Shown here piece after piece: positions 18,030 to 25,993 of a stretch of DNA of 64,000 bases. The translations under genes were made by a program, and so were the position numbers. The notes beneath the pieces are model-generated. The model saw nothing but the letters and a program-made list of their open reading frames with translations. It was not told the DNA's origin and made no database searches. Source of the stretch: Anaerolineae bacterium (GTDB lineage Bacteria; Chloroflexota; Anaerolineae; Anaerolineales; UBA4823); NCBI GenBank assembly GCA_003327455.1, contig QOQU01000001.1:258337-322336 (forward strand), read 5' to 3'. How positions within the stretch are numbered: position 1 is the first letter of the stretch; each line of letters opens with the position of its first letter.

Positions 18030-19424
18030 ATGCCGACGATTTGGTGGATTCGCCGTGACTTAAGACTGACCGACAACGGCGCGCTGCATGCTGCCCTTCA
18101 AGAGGGAGAAGTCATCCCATTATTTATTCTTGATCCACATTTGCTCGCCCATTCTGCCCCCAAACGGCTTAATTTCCTCTTTGGCGGCTTGCAGGCTCTG
18201 GATGAAAGCCTGCGCCAGCGCGGCGCGGCGCTGATCCTGCGCCGCGGTGAGCCCCTGACCGTCTTGCGCCAGATGCTGGCAGAGAGCGGCGCTGTGCACG
18301 TTTATGCCGAAGAAGACTACACGCCCTATGCGCGCCGCCGCGATGAAAAAATCCGGGCTGAAATTCCGCTGCATCTCATCGCCTGGCAAACCGTTCATCA
18401 TCCGGCAAGGGTGCGAAAGCCGGATGGAAAGCCTTACACCGTTTACACTCCCTACGCCAAAGCCTGGAAAGCAAACCTGGTTGATCTCAAACTCCTGCCA
18501 GCCCCTGAACGGATCATCCTGCCGCCCGGTCTCTCCAGTGAACCCTTGCCGCCTTTTCAACCCGAGGCACACTTTCCGCCCTCGGAACAGGAAGCGCAGT
18601 TGCGCCTTGAAGAGTTCACCCGTTCAGCCTCCGTTCCCTCTCTGCGCAGGGGATGGGGTGGCATCTTTACCTATGCCGAACAGCGCAACCGCATGGATCT
18701 GGACGGCACTTCCCAGCTTTCGCCCTATTTACGCTTTGGCATGCTTGGAATGCGGCAGGCGGTCTTTGCAGCCGTGCAAGCCATGCGCACTTCGCCACCC
18801 GGAATGAGCAAATCGGCTGAAACGTGGTTGAACGAATTGATCTGGCGCGAGTTCTACATTCAAATCCTGTATCATTTCCCTTACGTTCGGCGAGAGGCAT
18901 TCAACCGGGCTTTTGCGAACCTGCCCTGGCAGAACGATGAAGCCGCTTTTCAGAGTTGGAAAGAGGGATTGACCGGAATGCCGATCGTGGATGCCGCAAT
19001 GCGCCAGTTGCGCCAGATGGGCTGGATGCACAATCGCGCCCGCATGATTGTGGCTTCCTATCTGGTTAAGGACATGTTGATCGACTGGCGCTGGGGAGAA
19101 GCATGGTTTATGGAGAACCTGATCGATGGTGATCTGGCTGCCAACAACGGCGGCTGGCAATGGACAGCCGGCACCGGCACCGACGCTGCACCCTATTTTC
19201 GCATCTTCAATCCCGTTTTACAAAGTCGAAAATTTGATCCCTACGGAGCTTATATCCGCCGCTGGGTGCCCGAACTGCGCCACCTGGATGACGATGCCAT
19301 TCATGCACCGTGGCTCAAAGGGGTTCGGGTTGCCGGTTACCCCTCGCAGCCGGTTGTTTTACCCGATAAAGCCCGCACTTTAGCCGTCTATCGTTCAGGG
19401 CGAACTGGTCAACAGCGAAGCTGA
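18030..19424 (+). CDS. phr: Deoxyribodipyrimidine photolyase
   Basis: IWWIRRDLRLTDN N-terminus; FAD-binding C-terminal half (WREFY, GWMHNRARM, DGDLAANNGGWQW). Confidence 0.9.
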   Translation: MPTIWWIRRDLRLTDNGALHAALQEGEVIPLFILDPHLLAHSAPKRLNFLFGGLQALDESLRQRGAALILRRGEPLTVLRQMLAESGAVHVYAEEDYTPYARRRDEKIRAEIPLHLIAWQTVHHPARVRKPDGKPYTVYTPYAKAWKANLVDLKLLPAPERIILPPGLSSEPLPPFQPEAHFPPSEQEAQLRLEEFTRSASVPSLRRGWGGIFTYAEQRNRMDLDGTSQLSPYLRFGMLGMRQAVFAAVQAMRTSPPGMSKSAETWLNELIWREFYIQILYHFPYVRREAFNRAFANLPWQNDEAAFQSWKEGLTGMPIVDAAMRQLRQMGWMHNRARMIVASYLVKDMLIDWRWGEAWFMENLIDGDLAANNGGWQWTAGTGTDAAPYFRIFNPVLQSRKFDPYGAYIRRWVPELRHLDDDAIHAPWLKGVRVAGYPSQPVVLPDKARTLAVYRSGRTGQQRS

Positions 19425-20051
19425 AAACTCGCTCAAACTGCGCGCCAGCACATCCAAATCGGACTGGGCGGCGTAGGTATCCTTTTCCAAACCGCTCAGG
19501 GCTAAGTTGAGGCGGGTTTCCATTTCGACCAGAGCCGTACGCTGGCTGGGGCTGGCGCTGGTTTGCAACGCCTTGAAGATCGCTTGAGCGTTTTGCATTG
19601 CCTTCCTGGCAAGCTCCGCGTTGTTTTCATACAGGTAGATGCGCGCAGAGGCGATTTCCATTTGCAGGATAAGCACGTTATTCTGGAAATCGGCGCTCTT
19701 TAACTTTTCGAGAGATTCCTGATAGCGCTTTTCGATCTGGGCTTTTTCAGCCAGTTGCCCCTCTAAGGCTTCGATGCGACTCTGAGCGGCGCTCAATTCC
19801 GCTGCGCGAGCGTCTGCCTGGCGGCGCAGGGGCATGTAAAGCAGGAGCAAGGCAGCCACAAAGCCGATACCCAACAGGATTAAGACGCCCAGTGTCCAGC
19901 GCACCAGTTGACGCAGAAAGCGGCGCAGGCGGCTTTCTGCTTTGGGCGGTTGAGCGGGCAGCGCTGGCGGAATGGGTGTTTCAACGGACGGCTGTTCGGT
20001 TGGCTCTTCGAGCGAGCTTTCTAATTTTTCTTCGGCGTCATTTTCATTCAT
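19395..20051 (-). CDS. Membrane-anchored coiled-coil protein, unknown function (start moved to MNENDAE after AGGAAGGAG)
   Basis: One TM helix (WTLGVLILLGIGFVAALLLLY) followed by a heptad-rich region. The 3' end overlaps the phr 3' end by 30 nt (convergent). Confidence 0.55.
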   Translation of the reverse strand: MNENDAEEKLESSLEEPTEQPSVETPIPPALPAQPPKAESRLRRFLRQLVRWTLGVLILLGIGFVAALLLLYMPLRRQADARAAELSAAQSRIEALEGQLAEKAQIEKRYQESLEKLKSADFQNNVLILQMEIASARIYLYENNAELARKAMQNAQAIFKALQTSASPSQRTALVEMETRLNLALSGLEKDTYAAQSDLDVLARSLSEFSASLLTSSP

Positions 20052-20136
20052 TTGCCTTTCTCCTTCCTGCAGAAACAATTCAAGATTGATCGTAACAGCC
20101 TGTTCTGTGGCTTTTTTCGACTTTTTCGGCAGGCTT

Positions 20137-20976
20137 TCATTCGCGCTCTTTCGCTCGCGGGCGAGGCAATGGGTACGGCAGAGGGATATATTCAACTGTC
20201 GGACGCCCCATCCCGGCTTGCGGGTACATGTTCATCAATTGATAGACTTCTTTGGGGACATCCGTGGAGATGGGCAACCCCAAACCCCGCGCTTCTTCAA
20301 CGGTGATCGGGTAATCGTGCGTCCAGCGTCCGCTGGAGAGGACTTCGGCAAGCGTTTCTGCCTGTTCGGGGGTGGTATGACTCATCAGGATTTCGCGTAA
20401 GGTATCTTTGACCTGCCGCATCGCCTTGCGGGCAACATCGGCTAAGATCAACGTTTCATCGTTGATCTTTTCGAGTGGCTTTTGCTCTAAGACGGCAAGG
20501 ATAGAGGCGGCCGGTTGTTGACCGATTTGCGGATCGACCGGCCCAAGCACGGCATTCTCGTCCATCACGATTTCGTCGGCAGCCAGGGCGATCATGGTGC
20601 CGCCCGACATGGCATAGTGCGGCACAAAGACGGTCACTTTAGCGGGATGGCGACAAAGGGCTTTGGCGATCTGCTCGGCAGCCAGTACCAATCCGCCAGG
20701 CGTGTGCAGGATGATGTCAATGGGTACATTCGGATCGGTTAGCTTGATCGCCCGTAAAATCTCTTCCGAGTCATTGATGTCAATATAACGGGCAAGTGGA
20801 AAACCCAGGAAGGACAGGCGTTCCTGGCGGTGAATCAGGGCAATGGCGCGTGAGTTGCGTTTGACTTCCAACTGGCGTAACATGCGCGTCCGACTGGCTT
20901 CCAGCATGCGCTGACGGATCACCGGCTGTAAGGAGGAAATGACCAGGAAGAGAAAGAATAAAATTGTAAAGTCCAT
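20137..20976 (-). CDS. Membrane-anchored Clp-fold serine protease (SDH_sah / DUF114-like)
   Basis: N-terminal TM, then IALIHRQE..IDIILHTPGGLVLAAEQIA..YAMSGGTMIALAADEI pattern. Confidence 0.6.
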   Translation of the reverse strand: MDFTILFFLFLVISSLQPVIRQRMLEASRTRMLRQLEVKRNSRAIALIHRQERLSFLGFPLARYIDINDSEEILRAIKLTDPNVPIDIILHTPGGLVLAAEQIAKALCRHPAKVTVFVPHYAMSGGTMIALAADEIVMDENAVLGPVDPQIGQQPAASILAVLEQKPLEKINDETLILADVARKAMRQVKDTLREILMSHTTPEQAETLAEVLSSGRWTHDYPITVEEARGLGLPISTDVPKEVYQLMNMYPQAGMGRPTVEYIPLPYPLPRPRAKERE

Positions 20977-20996
20977 GTCTCACCTCGCGGAGGGGA

Positions 20997-21728
20997 TTAC
21001 CAGGGGAAGTATTCATCAGGATAGAAGCGTTCATACGGCAGCGGGCGACGCGGGGTAAAGAGCTTTACGGTGAGCAACCCAAAGACAAACCCACCGATGT
21101 GAGCAAACCAGGCTATGCCACCCATGCTCATCTGCGCCGGCGAGAGCAAAGCCGCTACGCCTGAGAAGAATTGCGATACAAACCATAAACCCAAAAAGAA
21201 GAAAGCGTTGATTTCGATAAAGTATGGGATGAAGAATAGGGGGATCAGGGTGATGACCCGGGCGTTGGGGAACAGTAAGAAGTAAGCCCCCATGACGGCC
21301 GCGATCGCGCCGCTGGCGCCGATTGCCGGCACACGGCTGGTTGGATCAACGAACGCCTGTGTGAAGGCGGCTGCCAACCCGCCGAGAATATAGAAAACCA
21401 GATAGCGGAAGGAGCCCATGCGGTCTTCGACGTTATCGCCAAAAATGAACAAAATCCACATGTTGCTCAAAAAATGTACCCAGCCGCCGTGCAGGAACAT
21501 GTGGGTAAACAGTGAAATCACCGCCAGTGGAGAAAATAAAAAGCGCCAGGGCTCAAAGAGCGGAAGGCGCGCCGGCACCATCCCAAAGATTGTAATCAGA
21601 CGCTCTAACAAACGATCGGGCATGCTGATCTCGAACAGAAAGATGGCGGTGTTCAAACCAATGATGGCATAGTTAACAATGGGGAAAGAACGAGAATGAA
21701 TGGTATCACGAATCGGAAGCATCTTCAA
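20997..21728 (-). CDS. Rhomboid-family intramembrane serine protease
   Basis: HMFLHGGWVHFLSNM, GASGAIAAVMGAY (catalytic Ser) and AHIGGFVFG (catalytic His) motifs. Confidence 0.9.
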   Translation of the reverse strand: MKMLPIRDTIHSRSFPIVNYAIIGLNTAIFLFEISMPDRLLERLITIFGMVPARLPLFEPWRFLFSPLAVISLFTHMFLHGGWVHFLSNMWILFIFGDNVEDRMGSFRYLVFYILGGLAAAFTQAFVDPTSRVPAIGASGAIAAVMGAYFLLFPNARVITLIPLFFIPYFIEINAFFFLGLWFVSQFFSGVAALLSPAQMSMGGIAWFAHIGGFVFGLLTVKLFTPRRPLPYERFYPDEYFPW

Positions 21729-21850
21729 CCTCGGTTCAGGAGCGAAAATCGCTCAAGCCTGCTCCTGAGAAGAGTCTGTTAAGCGTATTATACTTCACAC
21801 CCTTTTATGATATTGAATGAAAGCAAGCGCAACCTTCGAAAATGTGTCAA

Positions 21851-22579
21851 TCAACAGCCAGCTTTTTCAGCCACAATGATCACATTCGGCGAAAAGCGTT
21901 CGAGGGGTTTCTGATCAAAGCTGCCGAAGGTCGCTTGAATGCGAAAGCCAGCGTGCTCGAATTCGCCGAGCAGGAGGCTTACATCCTCCAGCGCATACTT
22001 CTGGCGATAGACGAAGCGCTGCACTTCGCCGTTGGGAAATAGTTGATCGTATCTCCACTCCACCTCGAGCCAGCCTGACTGGCGCTGCCAGGTGGTCAGG
22101 ACCTGGACCGGGTTATCGGACTGCGGATGGAGAAAAATCTCTTCCAGTTCGGCTTCCACCTTCGGTGGCAGAGTCTGGAGCAGGGCAGGGTTTGGGAAGC
22201 TCACCCCGAAGGCGCCTCCGATTTGCAAGCTCTGCCAGACATTGCTCAAAATTGCCCGGCGTTGTGGAGCGTCAAAGGTGGAATAGGTATTACAGGGCAA
22301 CAGCGCGAGCCGAAAGCCAGAAGCAAGCCCCAGGTGTCTCATATCGGCACAAAAAACATTTGCCGCCCCGCGCTGCTGCAGATAGCGCAGCATACTCAAA
22401 TCCAGATCGAAGCCAAATACCCGCAAGCCGCTATTCTGTAACGCATGATAGACTCGCCCGGTGCCGCAACCCATCTCCAGGACAGGTTCACCATAACGGC
22501 GAGCCAGTTCGAGGAAAAAGGGTATATCCTCGCTATAGCTGGCGTGATGGGCATGAAATAAGGGTGGAAAGCGATTCAC
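21851..22579 (-). CDS. Class I SAM-dependent methyltransferase
   Basis: Motif I VLEMGCGTGRV, motif II VFGFDLD. Confidence 0.8.
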   Translation of the reverse strand: MNRFPPLFHAHHASYSEDIPFFLELARRYGEPVLEMGCGTGRVYHALQNSGLRVFGFDLDLSMLRYLQQRGAANVFCADMRHLGLASGFRLALLPCNTYSTFDAPQRRAILSNVWQSLQIGGAFGVSFPNPALLQTLPPKVEAELEEIFLHPQSDNPVQVLTTWQRQSGWLEVEWRYDQLFPNGEVQRFVYRQKYALEDVSLLLGEFEHAGFRIQATFGSFDQKPLERFSPNVIIVAEKAGC

Positions 22580-22637
22580 CTTTCAAAAATCCTTGACGAT
22601 CAGGCGGTAACCGCATTATACTCGTCCCTGAACGGAT

Positions 22638-22714
22638 CGGGGTGTGGCGCAGTACGGTAGCGCACCGCGTTTGGGACGCGGGGGTCGGCGGTTCAAGTCC
22701 GCCCGCCCCGACCT
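22638..22714 (+). tRNA. tRNA-Pro (anticodon TGG)
   Basis: Hand-folded cloverleaf: acceptor CGGGGTG/CGCCCCG, D stem GCGC/GCGC, anticodon stem CCGCG/CGCGG with loop TTTGGGA, T stem GGCGG/CCGCC. Confidence 0.9.
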
Positions 22715-23050
22715 TCGCAGTGGATTAACTAACTTGATAAGGTCGTTACTCGCTTATATTGTCACGCAAGCAACCCGAAAAAGCCGAAAGCAAGCGGAGC
22801 GGAACGCAGTGGAGCGGAGCGCAGCTTTCGGCTCAGGGTTGCTTGCGTAGGTTCGGGTGGGTGGGGGTTTGGGATGGTTTCAATCCGCGCGGGAGGCACT
22901 TCTTACCTGACACGCTCCTAACCTATCACCTGGAGAAGCGCGGTCGCGTTTTGCCAATTTTCCCCCCAGGAAAATTGAGCAAAACGGTTCATTGAATCTA
23001 TTCGACATTCTTCAACCGGATGAAAGCAATTCATCCTATACACTCTTTCT

Positions 23051-23222
23051 CTCCACAACCAGGCTAAGGCTTTCTCTCTCTGCCGGCGTTCCATCTCTGA
23101 CCTGGTTATAGCTTTCTCTCTATGCCGGCAATTCATCCACAACCTGGCCAAGTATTTCTTTCTACAACCTGGCTAAGGCTTTCTTTCTACAACCTGGCTC
23201 TGGCTTTCTTTCTCTGCCGGCG
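23051..23222. repeat. About 5 imperfect tandem repeats, core ACAACCTGGCTAAGGCTTTCT(C/T)TCT(CTGCCGGCG)
   Basis: Read directly. A related CTGCCGGCG(a/t)TCCATCTCTGACCTGG(c/t)TAT(a)GCTTC block recurs at 24894-24930 on the other side of the gene module. Confidence 0.75.
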
Positions 23223-23337
23223 GTATATCTCTCTCAGTTGTATAAGCGGTACGGGTTTATAAGGGGAAGGTTGGTTTGATGAGTAGATGAGATCGGGGTA
23301 TTGGTTGGCGGTTCGATGCGCAGACGTTCCACAGTTG

Positions 23338-23511
23338 TTAGCTGTCCGAATCCTGGTTGTTTTGGTTTTCTTCTGATTCTTTGTCTAAATCAATTCGAAA
23401 CAAAGGATAATGATTCTCTGGATAGGGATTAGCAAGGGAGATTAGGGCAAGGATGAATAGAAGGATGATGAAAGTTTTCAGGAAGCAGGTTAATTCAAGG
23501 ATATCTAGCAT
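23338..23511 (-). CDS. 57-aa small membrane protein (hand-called; MLDILELTCFLKTFIILLFILALISLANPY...)
   Basis: The ATG overlaps the upstream stop (AAATGCTAG); one TM helix. Last gene of the island module. Confidence 0.45.
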   Translation of the reverse strand: MLDILELTCFLKTFIILLFILALISLANPYPENHYPLFRIDLDKESEENQNNQDSDS

Positions 23512-23711
23512 TTGGGTTTCCTGATGGGGTTTTTCGATGGTTGAAGTTGGTTCAGGATTTCTTTGATTTGCTCCAGGCGTTCGGTGATTTTATTCAGGGC
23601 TTCAAGGTGCTTTTCGTCTTTGATTTCCTGGCGTTTCATGAGTTCGAGGGTGTACCAGATGAAGATGGCCAGGAGGGGGAATTGGATGAAGACAGGTAAA
23701 AGGTCTTGCAT
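23505..23711 (-). CDS. 68-aa N-terminal TM plus coiled-coil protein
   Basis: LPVFIQFPLLAIFIWYTL TM followed by a charged helix. Tightly packed in the module. Confidence 0.5.
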   Translation of the reverse strand: MQDLLPVFIQFPLLAIFIWYTLELMKRQEIKDEKHLEALNKITERLEQIKEILNQLQPSKNPIRKPKC

Positions 23712-23715
23712 GGGT

Positions 23716-24093
23716 TTATTCCTGGTCGGTAAGGGTTGATGCGTTTTGGGTTAGTTCATGGGTGAGTTCTTTCAGGATGTTGGTGAGGGGGTTTTGTTCT
23801 TCTCGCCGGCGAGTTTCGATGATGGATTGGGTGTTGTAGATGCGGGCGATCGAAAGGGTTATTTTCAGCATGGTGTCGATGTAGGTTAAAAGGGTTTCCT
23901 GGCTGATATTGGATGATTTCAGTTCTGCCATGATTCTTCTCCCGATTACTCTAAGGGCGTTTATTTCGGATTTTAGGGTTTCATCCAGGTTGTCAAGGTC
24001 GGCTCTTTCCAGTTGTCTAAATGCGCGGGCATAATAGCCATGTTTGAGGGCATTTAAGTTTCCTCTCGGCGCGCCTCTGTGTTTGTGATCCAT
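23716..24093 (-). CDS. 125-aa protein with an N-terminal GAPRGNLNALKHGYY motif, unknown function
   Basis: I associate the GAPxGNxNAxKHG motif with small phage/plasmid-borne proteins. This rests on memory only, with no homology search. Confidence 0.45.
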   Translation of the reverse strand: MDHKHRGAPRGNLNALKHGYYARAFRQLERADLDNLDETLKSEINALRVIGRRIMAELKSSNISQETLLTYIDTMLKITLSIARIYNTQSIIETRRREEQNPLTNILKELTHELTQNASTLTDQE

Positions 24094-24290
24094 AGGATTC
24101 TGGCTTTTTGATTGATATTGCGAAGGTGCAGGCGAACGGTTTGGGGTGATAGGTTTAGTTCTTGGGATATTTCTTTTTTCGATTTGCCGGCATTGCGCAG
24201 GTCGTTGATGATGCGTTCGGTATGGGTGAGGATGGGGATATTGTTACCGGTGAGATAATACCTGGTTTGATTGGTGATGATGATCCGCAT
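24054..24290 (-). CDS. 78-aa LuxR/sigma70-region-4-type HTH protein
   Basis: SKKEISQELNLSPQTVRLHLRNINQK helix-turn-helix. Confidence 0.55.
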   Translation of the reverse strand: MRIIITNQTRYYLTGNNIPILTHTERIINDLRNAGKSKKEISQELNLSPQTVRLHLRNINQKARILWITNTEARREET

Positions 24291-24474
24291 GGCTTGTTTT
24301 GGTTGATTGAAGTTTTTCCAGAATGGGGCGGGGGATAGGTTGATTGTTGAGCAGGCATTTGAGAAATAGACGGTATTCTTTATCGTTCAGGTTTTCGATG
24401 GCGGAGGTTGAGAAGGTGTAATGGGTTCCGTCCTGGTAGATGGTGCAGGTCATATGGGGGATGGTGGTTGTCAT
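24244..24474 (-). CDS. 76-aa hypothetical protein (start moved to MTTTIPH, 2 nt after the upstream stop)
   Basis: ORF packed as TAAGCATG after the Zn-ribbon gene; no recognisable motif. Confidence 0.4.
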   Translation of the reverse strand: MTTTIPHMTCTIYQDGTHYTFSTSAIENLNDKEYRLFLKCLLNNQPIPRPILEKLQSTKTSHADHHHQSNQVLSHR

Positions 24475-24476
24475 GC

Positions 24477-24734
24477 TTAGATTCCGAGTTTGTAGTTCAG
24501 TTCTTCTTGGAAGCAATCGTGGCAAAGGGGGAGTTCGACTTTGTAGGCGCCATCTTCACCGACGCTGGTTTCGAGGATGATAACGGCTTTGTTTCCGCAT
24601 TGGCAGTTTAGTTGTCTTCTTTTATAGGCGGGGTCGTTGCGGTGGCAGGGCAGGCATACGCCTAAGCCGTTGCCTTCTCCCAGGTAGGGAAGGTTGCAGA
24701 TTTTACAATTTGGTTTGATGCGGATGTTGGGCAT
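24477..24734 (-). CDS. 85-aa Cys-rich zinc-ribbon protein (island copy); paralog of 41206-41505
   Basis: CKIC..CLPC..CQC..CHDC; alignable with CRSC..CLAC..CAC..CEQC of the 41206 gene, including shared LPYL and VE(L/I)PLC blocks. Confidence 0.65.
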   Translation of the reverse strand: MPNIRIKPNCKICNLPYLGEGNGLGVCLPCHRNDPAYKRRQLNCQCGNKAVIILETSVGEDGAYKVELPLCHDCFQEELNYKLGI

Positions 24735-24747
24735 GTTTCCTCTCCAA

Positions 24748-24796
24748 ATAGAACGTTTGTTCTATTTATTTTAGAGAAGTTTTACTTAAATGTCAA
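24748..24796 (-). promoter_or_regulatory. Island module promoter (TTGACA 24791-24796, 17-nt spacer, TAAAAT 24768-24773) with a Cheo-type LexA box ATAGAACGTTTGTTCTAT (24748-24765) over the predicted start site
   Basis: Read directly; perfect GAAC-N4-GTTC core. Confidence 0.65.
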
Positions 24797-24947
24797 TCGG
24801 GGAATTGGCTTGCGAATGGGGCGAATTCATGCTAAGATAAGGTATCTTTCCCTCCCAAGCCTCTGATGGTTGTAAGCCATCAGGGGCTTATGTTTGCCGG
24901 CGATCCATCTCTGACCTGGCTATGGCTTCAGGTTATTAATTGAGGTG

Positions 24948-24956
24948 TGTTATAAT
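24948..24956 (+). promoter_or_regulatory. Extended -10 promoter candidate (TGTTATAAT) firing rightward into the 35-bp repeat array
   Basis: TGnTATAAT read directly; no good -35. Confidence 0.35.
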
Positions 24957-25000
24957 ACAGGTGGCTTCTCTCTATGCCCTTGATGGTTGCCATCCCATCG

Positions 25001-25187
25001 GGGGCATTTTCAATCTAACGACAATTTACCCACCGTGGGCATTTTCAATCTAACGACAATTTACCCAGCTGGGGCATTTTCAATCTAACGACAATTTACC
25101 CAGCTGGGGCATTTTCAATCTAACGACAATTTACCCACCGGTGGCATTTTCAATCTAACGACAATTTTCCCACAGGGAAAATTGTCG
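25001..25187. repeat. Five exact-period 35-bp tandem repeats (GGCATTTTCAATCTAACGACAATTTACCCA + 5 variable nt) ending in a 13-bp perfect hairpin CGACAATTTTCCC-aca-GGGAAAATTGTCG
   Basis: Unit starts at 25004, 25039, 25074, 25109 and 25144. Hairpin 25159-25187 followed by GTTCATTTTA. Confidence 0.9.
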
Positions 25188-25708
25188 GTTCATTTTAGAT
25201 AAAAACGCCCCAACCTTGCCCAAGCCGAACACGAAGTCGGATAAAGAGGTTATTTTAGCTTTTCTTATCTGAGTGGTTTTTTCAACCTTGCCCAAGCTAC
25301 GGCTGGGCAAGGCGTAAGTTTTGCCCCTAATCCCCCTATCCCGCCCCCCCATGTTAGACTTTCCTTGCTGGGGTGTGGGGGTTGGGTGGGGGGGCTTGGG
25401 GGGGCGGGAGGGGGAGGGGCAAAATTGGGGCGTGGTTCATTCTTCCAGGGGGTTTGTCAGGTGGGAAGGGGCTAGTTTTCCAGGTGAGGGCGGTCGTTCG
25501 GTTCGCATGGCTGAGCAAACGGACTATAACCCGGTCGTGTCAGGCGTTTTTGTTCAAGGGGCTATTGCATGACCTGATAACCTTTGCATTAAGTGCCTCT
25601 GTGTTTGCGCCAGCAGGTTTTGCCTGGGCATTTTCAGGCGTGGGCTGGGCGGCGCGGTTTCTTTTCCTTGTTTCTACGCCGGCGGTTGTTGAAAACGATT
25701 ATCATTAT

Positions 25709-25993
25709 CAGGAAGAGAAAGAATAAAATTGTAAAGTCCATGTCGCACGTCATGAAAACGAATTTCATTATCAATATCTTTATTCGGAGACAAGCTTCAT
25801 TTAACTTGTTTCTGCTCGAAGCCAAATACGCGCAAGCCGCTATTCTGTAACGCATGATAGACTCGCCCGGTGCCGCAACCCATCTCCGAACGTTTTTTCC
25901 GTCATTGTTCGCTTCATTTAACTTGTTTTCATCCCGGCTTTAGGACGCGGGGGTCGGCGGTTCAAGTCCGCCCGCAACTCACGCAAGCAACCC
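25709..25993. other. Collinear micro-copy of the upstream chromosome: four short blocks identical to 20944-20979, 22407-22478, 22674-22706 and 22762-22776
   Basis: Blocks at 25709-25744 (36/36), 25816-25887 (71/72), 25943-25975 (33/33) and 25979-25993 (15/15), same order and orientation. The linkers contain GCTTCATTTAACTTGTTT twice. Confidence 0.85.

Noticed and set aside
22759-23151. ORFs 22759..22995(+) and 22918..23151(-) just inside attL, the position where an integrase gene would be expected
   Set aside because: No recombinase motifs (no R..HxxR..Y pattern or Ser-recombinase motif). They overlap the long hairpin and tandem repeats and are judged spurious.
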